NCBI RefSeq assembly: GCF_032191835.1 | Contig: NC_083240.1 | Location: forward strand, 48,546,001-48,610,000 | DNA from: Heteronotia binoei | Lineage: Eukaryota | Direction: 5' to 3' | Length of the DNA: 64,000 nt | Part shown: in pieces, positions 13,476 through 25,541 of the stretch | Position numbering within the stretch: the first letter of the stretch is position 1 | Layout: each line of letters begins with the position of its first letter | Made by a program: the position numbers and the translations under genes | Notes under the pieces: model-generated | What the model saw: the letters and a program-made list of their open reading frames with translations, nothing else | Told to the model about the DNA's origin: nothing | Databases searched by the model: none

Positions 13476-14940
13476 TAAAGTATTTCAAAAGACTGTTTCC
13501 GGTCTGGATTGGTTGCAGAATTTTCAAAGCGGGATGAATGCCCCAGGTTTCTGAATTTCTTTCCCTAGACTGGAGAGAGTGCTGTGTAGTAGTGGAGCCA
13601 CTCTCTTCTGGCCTTGTCAGGATTATGAGAGGGCAGCCTTCATAGCCTTCCAGCTCTTTTGTTACCAGAATGTTGGGGGGGGGGAATTATAGGGGAAATT
13701 AGCAGCAGTAGACCTAAGAGCTTTTTAGGAGTGAGATTCCACCAAGTCCATACCAGTACTAGTTCAGAGAGAGAGAGAGTTTGAAATGACCAAACCAATT
13801 GTAATTAAGAAATAAATTTTATTAAAATAACATGATTTAAAAATTACATACTGAATTAAACGAACACACACAAGAACACCAGAAAATAGGGTTTAGCTGA
13901 TTGTTTCTTTGTATAAACAATTTTATTATTCTGCAATATATTGTAGGTTTTAGCTGATTGAATAGATTTTTTTTGGGGGGGGGGCGGTTGGAAGAATCAT
14001 AGCTACCTGCCTGACGAGTAGAAGTCTGCAGAGGAGGAGGACAATATATGACCAGCATCTTGAGTGTGTGATTGGATTCAGGAACACACAGCACTGAGCA
14101 TGTCCAGAGTGTCTCCTTCAGTAGGCAGAAACGTCTCCTGAGGCCCAGGTGATCAGGATGCTCCTTAGAACGCTCCAAGACGGGAGTCTGACGTGGTGCC
14201 ACAGAGTGAGCAGGGGCAGGCTGAGGGGTTTTGCGGGGTCAGGCAAAGAGTCTCAGGAAGCTGGGTGATGGGTTTCGGGTGGGCCTCATAGGTGCTCACA
14301 GCCCATGCCAAAAAGGTAGGGCAAGGAGAATTGAGGCTAGGTAGGGTGATTAGATTTTTTGAATGGAGGCAGGTAAGCAGGGGTTCTGCCAGTTTTGGAG
14401 CCCCCCAACCCACTGGCACAGAGCTGGCTGGCAGAAGGATCCCTGCCCCTGGAAGTGACATCATGCTGGGCATGTGATGCAGGGGGTGCTTTGGCATTTT
14501 GGCACTTTTTTACCCAAATGCTAGAGTGCCCCCTTCCAAGTGACATCATTGTGCCGCATCAGCAAAGCGTGCACAAGAGCCAGCAGCCAGGTAAGCAGCC
14601 TGGCAACCCTAGTTCTCACGGGCAGGCTCACGTTAACTCAGCTTAGAGGGAACACCGCTGCCGACCCAAATAGTAATTGGCAGTAAATTTGTAACTGGGG
14701 TAGTGGGATTGCGTGGGAGGGAGGGTGTGCTGTACCTGGAGGCTGCATTAAAGAGCTCAGAGGGCCCGTTCTGGCTCATGGTCTAAAATATGTTTGACAC
14801 CCCTCTTCCCTTTCAATGGTTGGGGAGGGAACCAGGCCCCCTTCCAAGACCGGATTGAAGCTTGGAAGGCCAGCAGTGCCCAGTGCTTGCTCTCTTGGAG
14901 CAGGGAGCCGCTTGCTCCTGCCTTCCAAGTTTCAATCAGC

Positions 14941-15216
14941 GAAGATGATGATATTGGATTTATATCCCACCTTTCACTCTGCATTTCAGAGTCTCAGAGT
15001 GCCTCACAATCTCCTTTACCTTCCTCCCCCACAACAGACCCCCTGTGAGGTGGGTGGGGCTGAGAGAACTCTCACAGCAGCTGCCCTTTCAAGGACAACT
15101 CTGCAAGAGCTATGGCTGACCCGAGGCCATTCCAGCAGCTGCAAGTGGAGGAGTGGGGAATCAAACCCGGTTCTCCCAGATTAGAGTCTACACACTTAAC
15201 CACTACACCAAACTGG
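14941..15216 (-). mobile_element. Squam3-like tRNA-derived SINE, full length
   Basis: Minus strand gccagtttggtgtagtggttaag (A box)...gggtttgattcccc (B box), core, then simple-repeat tail; close sister copy at 54891-55195. Confidence 0.8.
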
Positions 15217-18200
15217 CCAACAGCAGGTGACTTCCTGCTCCCAAGAATGCAGGCACTGGGCACGCTTGCCTCACAAGCTGCAAATTCATAGCGGGGGCGG
15301 GGGAGGTGCACACTGCACCCATGGGGCAGCTGACCTTGGCAGGATGGAGCCCCCAAAATCAGGAGAACCCCCATCTGGACTGAGAGAGTGGCAGCCGTAG
15401 GGGTGGGGAGGCAGTCAATTGGGTTGTTTTCCATGACTTTAACTCATTAAATGGAAGTTTGACACCCCCTGACCCAGGGCCTGTTTTTGGGGCCCCAATC
15501 TGACCCTGCAAGTATGCCCTGCTGTCATGATCCTAGGCCTATTGTGGCCTACGGGCTCCAGGGAAGCCTGTATCAGAGTAGCTACAGGGCCTACATTTCC
15601 CAGGATCCCTTCTGTCCCTCTGATTGGATGGGCAGCAGTTTTGAAGGGAAACCTTGCCCAGAGGTAGGGTTGCCAAGTCTAACTCAGAAAATACCTGGGG
15701 ACTTGGGGGTGGAGCCGGGAGACCTTCCCATTCCCTAAAAAAAAAAAAATACAGCAGTGCAATTCTCCTGAATACAGTCTTCATTTCCTCATAGGATTGC
15801 CAAGTCCAATTCAAGAAATATCTGGGGCCTTAGGGGGTGGAGCCTGGAGAATTTGGGAGTGGAGCTAGGAGCAAGGTTGTGACAAGCATAATTGAACTCC
15901 AAAGGGAGTTCTGGCCATCACATTTAAAAGGACCACACACCTTTTAAATGTCTTCCCTCCATTAGAAATAATGAAGGATAGGAGCATCTTCTTTTGGGGC
16001 TTTTGGGACCTGGGATTGGCAGCCCTATTTCCTCATCCCTCAGCAGCAGGCTGCAATCTCACTCTCTCTCCATCACACACAGCTGCCCTGGAGCAGTTTT
16101 GGTCTCAACCACTTCAAGCTGTGCTGGCATCAGATTTGGGTCTTTCACACAAGGAGAAGCAGCAGCTAGCCCTGCTCCTGGACCCCCCCTCCGCCCCCCA
16201 ACCCTTGGTTCTGCTGAGGAGATCATGTAAAAAAGGAAGGGAGGAGAAGCCTTGCAGCGTGATAAATAGCAAGACAAAAGCAGAATTTTTAACCTCCATC
16301 CTGACATTTACCTTTGGGAGCAGGGATGTTTTATCTGCCAGTAACATTCTGTGCTGTTGGCATTTTGTTACCTCTTTGTACCAAAGTGGGCTCTCTCCAG
16401 CTTTGAGCTTCAGGTCAGCCCAGATGCTGCTGGAAAATGCCACACTTTCCAGTACAGCCAAACAGATACTGACAACATGTTTTTGAAATGCGCATATGCA
16501 TATGCACTCGCGCACACACCCCGCTCAAAAGTTGCCATGTTTCACACTGTTCTTACCAAGGCTGCAACATTAGCAGCGTAATCAGACTACCCAAAGCTTT
16601 TAAATTAACTAAGTAGAAGATACTTAAGATTTCAAATGATTTTTTATCATGCAGGTACTCATAAAAACTACAGGTGGCAAACTGTAGTTAGAAGAGGCAC
16701 GGTTCTTCTGTGTGAGACGGAGACCCTTCGACCTGCTGTCTGTAAACTGCCCTGCGTGCTGAGATCACTGTGTGACAATGCTTAGTGATTATCTTTTGGC
16801 TAAATCATGCTGCTGATATTTAGGAGCCAAGGAATCTGATTTCTGTTTTTCAAAAACTAGGAGGGAGTCCCAGATTTAAGAACTGTCACTGTTTAAAAGC
16901 AAAGTGGAAACAGAAGATTAACGCAAATCAGAATCTAGATTTCAATAGTTTGCTGTTGTACAAATTTGAAACTGAATAGAGTGAGATTTCTTCTTTATTT
17001 ATTTGGGGTTTTTTTACTGTCATATTGTTAAAGTGTTAATGTTTCCATCTTTTATGCTTTTAAAGTTTGATTTTACTTTGTGATCCACTTTCGGTATTCA
17101 TTTATAGAAACCATGGTCTATACGTCGTCCTAAATACATCGGCTTTGTACAAGATTCACTTGTTGAACCTTGTTTTTTAAAGTGCATATTCTACTTTTGT
17201 TATTTACACTTCTTTTTTTGTAGGGAGTTTTATTTTCGTCCTCTTGGGAGGTGAGGATATTTGAGGGATTTTTCCCCCAAGCAGCCACTTAGTCAACATT
17301 TGGCTGTTTACTGAAACAGCATGTGAAAGTTCACAGCCTGCTCTTTACAAGGAAGAAAGAAATCTGAATGGCTTTCAGGGAATTAGCAATAATGGCTTGG
17401 TGGAGGAAGCCAGCTCACTCTTTGCCTGGCTGCTACTTGACATGTTCTAGGAAGCGGGTGGCAAGCAGATGGTGCCCACAGCCTTGACAAAGGGGGCCTT
17501 TCAGTCACAGCAGGCAGCAGAAGCCCAGTCTGAGCTCCGTGTGGGAAGTGTGGGAGGGAGTCCCTTTGCAGTTTTTCCTACCTCTTGACACAGTGAATCC
17601 CAAGTTCCTTTTAAAAGCCCAAACACTCAGCATTATTTAAAAAAAAAACAAACCTTGAGGGAGATTTGGGAGGGGAGGAATTGCAAAGTCAATACCAGAC
17701 TAAAATGTGTACATAATATTGCTGCTGCTGCCTCCCTGAGCCACTTAAAGTGCCTGCCGATCAGCTGACAGTTGGTGGGCCCTTTAATTCGCACTTGGAG
17801 GCCAGCAGCAGCTTCTGCCGCCCCTCCTGCGCCATTTAAACAGAGCAATGTAGACTTCTGCAGCGGCATCCTCCAAGATCAGCTGTGGTGAGTGGTGTGG
17901 CAGGCAGGGTGCATCTGTGGTCATGGGGAGCTTTCCTGGGACTCTCTCAGTGGTGGCAGCACTCAAGAGAGTCCACTGCTAGCCAGAGAGGGGGTGGCCG
18001 TGGTCGGAGCAGACTGCCAAGGAGGGAGGCTCCATGCGTGTGCATGTGCACCTGACTTCTGTGCACAGCCCAGGAGATGGGGGTGGCTCCCCATCTGGGT
18101 GGGTGAAGGCAGCTGGGGCAAGAGGACCAGAGGTTGAGGGAGCTCTCAGCCCATTCCTCCCCACTCCTGGGCCCTACGTGGCCCCAGTGGAAGGTGTGGA

Positions 18201-19039
18201 GGGGACAATGGGAGCGGCTCGAGGCGGGCAGGGATGTGCCCTGGGAAGGTGGGGGCCTTTCTCTGCCAGGCAGCCTGTGCTCACACAGCCCAGAGAAGAC
18301 ATCTAAACTCAGTGACTGCAAAGTTTACCTGTTGTTAATTTCATTGGACTTGAATTAAGCAGTGCCCCTGAGAAATTTAAATAGCCCCCAACTTTTGAAA
18401 TCCTGGCTATGGACCTGCCTATGCTTGAGCATTAAGGCACTCTGCGGTGTACAACTGCTGCTTCATTTGCATTGGAGTCTCCAAGCCATCTTTTGAACCT
18501 TTCATCCCTGGGCAGTTGGGCTGTTTTAACCTGCAGATTCGAGGGGGTAGTACTTAAAGTGGGGGGCAGGTTAGGGGTATTGGCTTTGACTTCAGCCTGG
18601 GCAGGGCTGCAAGGCAGGAGTCAAAAGTCATGGGCTATATGAGTTATTAAAATAATACAAAGGCTACTATCCTGTGCCGTTACCCGAGATGAGTCTTTGC
18701 CCTGAGAGGCTGTAGGACTCACTTGCTGTGGCTGTAAACAGCTGTTTGCTTGTTTGCCTCTGCCCTTCTTACTTGAGGGGGACAGAGCAAATCAGCACAA
18801 TCAACAAAACGGAATAGTCCAGAAACTAGGCAATTGGGTTGTAGAGCCAACCAGAAGTCTGAAAAACAGAACTGAAGCAAAACCTGAGTCTTCACATGAC
18901 ACATGATGCAGAATTTCATAGTCGGATCTTACAGCAAGCTGTACTGACCAAGTGTTACTTCTGTGAATCATTTTGCTCAGGGCAACCTATTGCCTGCATA
19001 GAAAAGCCATCTTGAATAGTTCAGTCTGTTGCAGAGTTT

Positions 19040-19320
19040 GCAGGAAGCCAGGAGAGGGGGAGCCTCAATTACCTCCTCAGGCAGGTTGTTCCACAAGGTG
19101 GGGGCCACCATGGAGAAGACACAAAGTATATGGGGGCAGTTGTTGATTTTGCCCATTTGCAGGGTGGTATCTGCAGAAGGCCCTGCTCAGAGGAGCAAAG
19201 CTGTGTTGTGGTGTTGGTGTTGGAATGATTAGACACATTTGCAAGGTGAAGACAAACCAGATAGCATCTTGCTTGGAGGCTTAATAAGGGCAGCAGGCCA
19301 GGTAGAGTTGACTGTGCTGA
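19040..19320 (-). mobile_element. old L2 LINE fragment
   Basis: ggcaggttgttccacaaggtgggggccacc is the reverse of a typical L2 3' coding region. Confidence 0.45.
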
Positions 19321-19830
19321 TTTTTGGTTCTGTGGCTGCCGCCTTACACAGTGACGCATGTTCTGTCACGTAATACTGATGAAGGAGGGAGAGGGGGAAA
19401 GGCAGATCTGTAAGTCTGACCAGTTGCAGTTGTCGGACACCAGCTTCTGAACCTGCACACTGTAGCAGAACAGCAGGACCAGTCCACCTGGGCATTGAAA
19501 ACTGTGACACTTGAGCAGTGTTCTTCTGAGGCCCAGTGCTTAACTAGGCTTGGGGTATTTTATTTCCTGGGGCAACCAGCCCTTCAAAGATGACCAGGTT
19601 TTATCTAATGGGAGCTGGAAGCATTGATGGAAGTTTAGCTCTGGTTTGCAAATAATGCAGATCAATCAGTTTCACAAGCTGCAAAGCCATCTATGGATTA
19701 TGTGTGTTTTGTTGATCACTGGTGACTTTATAGTATTCCTGTTGTTCAGCCAACTGGAATCTCTTTCCCTCTTTCACAAGCCTTATTTCAGTCATTTGGG
19801 TACATGATTACTTAGGAAGTTAGTTGTAAA

Positions 19831-20031
19831 CAGGGCTTTTTGGGTAGAAAATGCCCAGCAGGAACTCATTTGCATATTAGGCCACACTCCTTGGTGTCAC
19901 CATTGTTTCACATAGAGCTTTTATAGAAAAAGCCCAGTAGGAATTCACTTGCATATTAGGCCACACCCCCTGACACCAAGCCAGCCGGAACTGCGTTCCT
20001 GTGCGTTCCTGCCCGAAAAAAAAGAGCCCTG
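19831..20031. mobile_element. hAT-type MITE (family B); related partial copies near 22960-23010 and 54245-54362
   Basis: cagggcttttt...aaaagagccctg termini; exact 8-bp TSD gttgtaaa at 19823-19830 and 20032-20039; internal duplication of gcatattaggccacac. Confidence 0.85.
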
Positions 20032-22368
20032 GTTGTAAATTGTTCTCTGTATTTAGGGTTAGCTTATTTTGAAAAGCAAAAAAGAGGACATATTTCCTGA
20101 CTACTTCAAACAAGTGATCATTATGACAAATCTCATTTGAAATACCTCCACTATTTAAGCTGTAATAATTTCTACTAACTAGGAATATTCCTAACCTCTC
20201 AACCCAGTTTTTAAAAAAGAGCTCAAAGAGGATGGACAATAAAAAAAGAGGACATGGTAATATTTACTAGTAATCTATATGCCTAATTCTCAAAATGGCC
20301 TGTGTGTGTAGATGCTTCTTTCCACAGGTCGGTACATGGAGGGTAGAGATGTTCCTTCACACTCAGGTCATTCCTCAGGCGTGCAAAAAAATCTTACATG
20401 TTTAAGCAAAGCATATGGGGATACTTAAATCCAGGCCTCAGATTCAGCAGGAGCTCACAGAAGCACAGCTCCTGAACCTTTCTAAGGGTTCCACCTCCTC
20501 CTTCCCACCTGCCCTGTCCATTGAATAGGAGGTGCAGCCGCATAACAGATTAGGAGAGCAGCCAGCCAGCCAGCCATCAGGGCCTTTACCCCCCCCCCCC
20601 CCCAGCAGCCCTCATTCACCCCTGGAGAAGCCCACACCAGGTGCCCCTCGACACAAGGGCTGGATCTGACATAAATGCCACTTTGTCAGGCCAGGCCATG
20701 TGTGTCATAAAATGTAATGCCAGGTACGGGAGATGCCAACTTTATCAATAAAGCTCCAAGTTGGTGTGTCCCCCCTGCAAAGCCCCCTGGGCTGGGCGGC
20801 GGGGGGTGGGGGGCGTGCAGAGGAAAACCTGTATGGGTGGACTAGAGAGCCAGTGGAGCAGCACTAAGCAAATGGCCCTATGCTGCTTGGAAGGGGGGCA
20901 AACTCCTTCCCCAGCTGCTCCCACCACAAAGCTGTGAGCCTGGGTCCCAGGCAGGAGTAAAAACACAAAGCAGCTGGGTGTTGCAAACTGCCCCCTGCCC
21001 AAGCCTCCAGTTGCTCACAGGCTGCAAGCAGACGGGCAGCCCCAGGCGTGTGGGAGGCAGGGAAAATCTCTCCTGTTCAATCCAGAGTGGGGGAGCAATG
21101 TCTGACATCCCCCCCCCCCCCGCGACATGCCTGCATATCATGTGGGGGAGCACATTGGAGTGTCTACATGTTGCAGCACACCACCCATTTGAAGAAGTTT
21201 TTTTTTAAAGAACCCTTCCCCCTGTTCAGAAGTGCGCCTTGGGACTGTGAAGGAAGGAGGGGGAGGGAACTGCCTGCAATGGATTGACGGGTTCACACCG
21301 CCAATCAGTTTTCTTTGCTCAGTTCTCAATGAAGCTTTCAAAGCTTTCCCTGAGACTTTGGTGCCGTTTCTGCCCCACCTCCTTTTAATCTTTTCACCCT
21401 CCAGCAGGGTAGGACAAGAAGCTATTTGTTACCCAGTCTGTGCATATATGTCTCACATCCCCCATGGTCGGATGTCCAGAAACGTGGGAGGAGCATACAA
21501 GGAGCCTTTGCCACCAGTTTTCACCTGGTGGCTATTTAATCAATTCGAGTCATCAGAGAGCGGGGTGAGTGTGAGAGGGCCGCACCGTGCCCTTTAAATC
21601 CGACTGGGGGAAGTGCCTATGGTTGGGCCACAATGCCCGTCTGAATGCAGCCCTGGAGAGGCTGGTTCTGCCCCCCCCCCCCCCCCCCGGCCTTATGCTT
21701 GACAGCCTTGTTCTATTGCTTTGGACCAACAAAGCTACCCACCTGAATCTATTTTCAGTTTGTTGGCTAAGCTTTTGTGGTGATGCATAGATGCATATTA
21801 ACAAAATATGTTACAGTGTGGTGTAGTCTCTGCAGTGTTAGACTAGGAACGAGAGACCCAGGGTAAAATTCCACACTGCCGTGAAAGCTTGCAGGGTGAC
21901 ATCAGTCAGTGCTTTGGGTCCCCATTGCAGGGGAAATAGCGTATAAATAAGTTTAAGGGAAAGAAAAAGAACACCTAGTGATTGAGTGGCCTTCTTTGTA
22001 TGTGCCACTGTCAGGGAGTGTTTGTAGAGAGGACATGAAATGTTGAAAGCTGTCTGATTCAGCTAGAACAACTCCAGCTTGATTTTTGCCCTATAAGAAA
22101 CAGATGTATATTTTCACATCATCAGTATAATTTCTTTATGCTGAAAGTTCCCATTAATTTTAATGCATTTTTTGATATTTTTGCATCAGTTTACATATAA
22201 ATAGCTTTTAAATAGCAGAAACAAATAATCAACAGCAGCAATAAAAGTGACCCCAGACTGACTTGCTTTTTAAAGGGGTTCAAAACCCCCCAGTGTATTG
22301 TAGTTCTGCCTTGTGTTTGGTTCTGCGCTAATGGAAGTGAATATGGTTGGAAGTGAATTTGGTTTAAT

Positions 22369-22604
22369 GGTAAAGGTGGAAGCACCAGTCATTTCTGACT
22401 CTGGGGTGACATCACATCATGACATTTTCATGGCAGACTTTTAATGGGGTGGTTTGCCATTGCCTTCCCCAGTTAATCTACGCTTTCCCCCCAGCAAGCT
22501 GGGGACTCATTTTACCAACCTCGGAAGGATGGAAGGCTGAGTCAACCTGGAGCTGCTACCTGAACCCAGCTTCCGCTGTGAGCAGAGAGCTTGGACTGTA
22601 GTAC
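22369..22604 (-). mobile_element. Sauria SINE, head-truncated or degenerate
   Basis: Collinear with the full copy at 57605-57900 (ggggtggtttgccattgccttccccag...ggaaggatggaaggctgagtcaacc). Confidence 0.8.
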
Positions 22605-24059
22605 CCAGTTAATTCCAAGCCAGAGCACCTGGCTGTAAAATAATTGGTTGCCATGGTTACTGATGGAACAGTCATCATCTGAGTGTTCCACCTGGGTGGC
22701 AATGTTCTGCCTCTGGTGTGGTGAGAGGGGCTGCTTTCTGTACAACCAGATGGCGACTAAGTGATTAAACTCTTTAAAAATTGGTCTCTTCTGGGATGGG
22801 GAGGGGGGGGCGGGGATTGGAAGAGAAAAGATGGTTGGTTGCAGCTGCCCCAAGATTAAAACAATTATGCTTAATTTGTTTTTACTTTGAAATTTGCTGG
22901 ACCTCAAGGGCACCTAGACAGATAGTACTCTGTTTTATTTGTATGTATGCACAGGACGTTTTTTGAGCAGGAATGCACAGGAACTCAGTTCCGGCTGGCT
23001 TGGCCAGGGCTCCAACTCAAAAAAGGTCTGTGGCAGAGGGAAGGCACTAGGCAGCCACACACTCCCAGACCGCACACTCTGCCCTCTCTGCCACGTCCAG
23101 CCTCCAATGGGCTTGCAAAGAGAGCAAGAGATGCTGAGCTGCCCACAAGTGCCCCCTCCTGGGAGAAGCTGGACCTGCTGCTGCCCACTCTGCCACACGT
23201 GGCACTCTCTCTCCAGCCATGTTGGGGGGGGGGGACAAAACAAGGTCTCTGAATGCACAGCAACTGTTTTCTCTTCTGCCCTAGCTCAGAGACTCCAGCC
23301 ATGTATTTACCAAATGAAGGTATCTGTGATGTCATAATTTTGTAAATTTCAGTACAATGTTACCCTTATGAATGAGGCAGAAACAACAAGACACCTGTAA
23401 ATGAAAATTCAGAGAAACTTTTTAAAAAGTTCCGCTAAAAACTATTGCCTTTTACTGTCAGATTTGTGACCATTAGTTTATCCTCTATGCACATGGTATG
23501 CATGTTTGCAGATCTTAAAGTTTATTAATTCTAAAAGTGAATTTCAAAAACAGGACACAGTGGGAGACTGCTGAGATACCACTATAACCACTGGCCAACT
23601 CCCACCTTTTCCTGGGGTTTGGCCCAGCCCAGGGGCATTGTTAGGGGGCTTCCTGCTAAATTTCTGGGGAGCATCTCCCTAAATCCCCCATGGCCCCACC
23701 TCCACAGGTAGTGACAATGGAGGCCCCTGCCTGTGATGTCACTGGCTCCTCGCTATGTCAATGAATCCCAGTTCTTTTAGGGACCTATCATAGCAATGCC
23801 TCTGGCCGAGCCCCAGCACCCCCCCCCCAGGAAATTGGAAAGTCTATGCCCTTGCTTTGACCCTCCTGAGTTCCCTTCACCACCTCCTAGATAAACATAT
23901 GGTTAGTGAGATCCCCATGACCTGCCTCCCATGAAGTTTTCTCTCTCTCTCTCTCCCTCTCTCTCCCTGTGCCACCCTGCAAAGCCTGCTTACAAGAGGC
24001 CTGTGGTTCATTGGGAAAGCCCCCACTTTGCTTGTGGAGGGTCACAGGATCCTAGAGCA

Positions 24060-24240
24060 GGACCAGTGTAGGGTAGTGGTCAATGAGAAACATCTGGGAG
24101 GCCCAGATTTGAATCTCCACTTTGCCCTGGAATCTTGCTGGGTGACCTTGGGCCAATTGCACAATCTCAGCCTAGCCTTCCTTACAGGGTTGTTGTGAGG
24201 ATAAAATGGAGAAGGGGAGAATGTTGTTGGCCACACTGGG
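24060..24240 (+). mobile_element. old tRNA-derived (Squam3/Ther1-like) SINE; similar relics near 930-1110, 4880-5020, 29110-29270, 49200-49390, 51290-51450, 55960-56300 and 58370-58530
   Basis: A/B-box-like head (gtagtggtc...gatttgaatctcc), then core ctgggtgaccttgggcc and acagggttgttgtgaggataaaatgg. Confidence 0.55.
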
Positions 24241-25315
24241 GATGAAAGTAAATGAAGTGAAATAAAGAGGAGGGGGGACCTTGAAGAGCCATCTCGACCT
24301 AGATGGACAGATGTTCTGATGTGGTTTAAGGCAACTTTCCAGATCCTGTTCTCTCCTGGTTTTAACGGCATCCAAGATCTTTTAACTCTGAATTCCCAGT
24401 CTTTTGATCTATGCTTCTAGTTGCTGCTGTTAATCCTAATCTATGTTTTGGGTTGTTAAAAACTTTGAATTCTTCTTCTTTGTCCAATATATGTTTGCAG
24501 TAAAATACTCTGAGGGTTTCATGTTTAAAGCAGGAGAGACATTTCCTAAGTAGAAACTTAAGTGTGGCTTTGAGCCAGCCAAATGGGCAGAATTCCCTGG
24601 CAGGCATGAAGTCAGTCAGGAATGACATTTGGAAACTTTTCGTCCCAGACTGCAAGGACAGTATTCAGATTATCAAAACCAGAGTGCCTTTCAATTCCTG
24701 CACATTGGTATCCCGCTATAGTAAGAGAGTTGAATTTTCAGTTTCCAACTGGAGAGAGAAAGTGTTGGTTTGCACACTGGCGTCTTGGAGTCCTCCTTTG
24801 GAATCTCTGGTTGAAGGCTGCAGGGGGAGAGCGGATGCCGCCCCCCCCCCAGGTAGGAGGGGCCATGGATGGGTGGGCCAGGAAAGGGCCCCTCTGGGGG
24901 GAATCTCACCTGTGCCCGAGAGTCTCTGCACCAGGCCTCTGCCTTTCTCCGGAGAAACTGAACTCTGCAGTCTGGAAACCTGGAGGTTGGCATCCGAGTG
25001 GCTCAGAGCAGGCCCGCTCCCCTCCTCCGCAGGGGTCTCCGGCCGGCGACTGGCGGGCCTTCCTGCTGCCAGAGGAGGCGGCGGCGGCGGCGGCATTGTG
25101 AAGCCAGCTGCTCCCCCCCCCCTTCTCCTTGCAGGAAGGGAACAAATACTCTGCACGTGCTCAGAAGCCGGAGGCCCCGCCCCGCCCCGCCGGGGATTGT
25201 TCGCCAAGGGCCGGGGGCGGCGCCAGCTGGGCTGACGTCAGCGGGCGGGGGGGGGGGCGGCCGAGCGACTCTCCCTCTCCCTCTCCCTCTCGCAGGCCGG
25301 GCGGCAGGAGGCACC

Positions 25316-25372
25316 ATGAGCGGCTCGGAGACGGCAGCGAAGGAGAAGCTGCTCTGGAACGCCAAGAAGGAG
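25316..25372 (+). CDS. SGSM2: SGSM2 first coding exon
   Basis: ATG...GAG|gtgagc; MSGSETAAKEKLLWNAKKE matches the recalled SGSM2 N-terminus (KEKLLWNVKKE), not SGSM1 (RQRLLRTVKKE); phase 0 joins exon 2. Confidence 0.92.
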
Positions 25373-25385
25373 GTGAGCGCGCAGG

Positions 25386-25541
25386 NNNNNNNNNNNNNNN
25401 NNNNNNNNNNNNNNNNNNNNNNNNNNNNNNNNNNNNNNNNNNNNNNNNNNNNNNNNNNNNNNNNNNNNNNNNNNNNNNNNNNNNNNNNNNNNNNNNNNNN
25501 NNNNNNNNNNNNNNNNNNNNNNNNNNNNNNNNNNNNNNNNN
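25386..25541. other. assembly gap (156 N)
   Basis: Run of N inside the GC-rich start of SGSM2 intron 1. Confidence 1.

Noticed and set aside
24700-25230. Divergent TSR1 first exon sharing the SGSM2 promoter
   Set aside because: No minus-strand ORF resembles the recalled TSR1 N-terminus (MAAHRPGPLKQQNK...).
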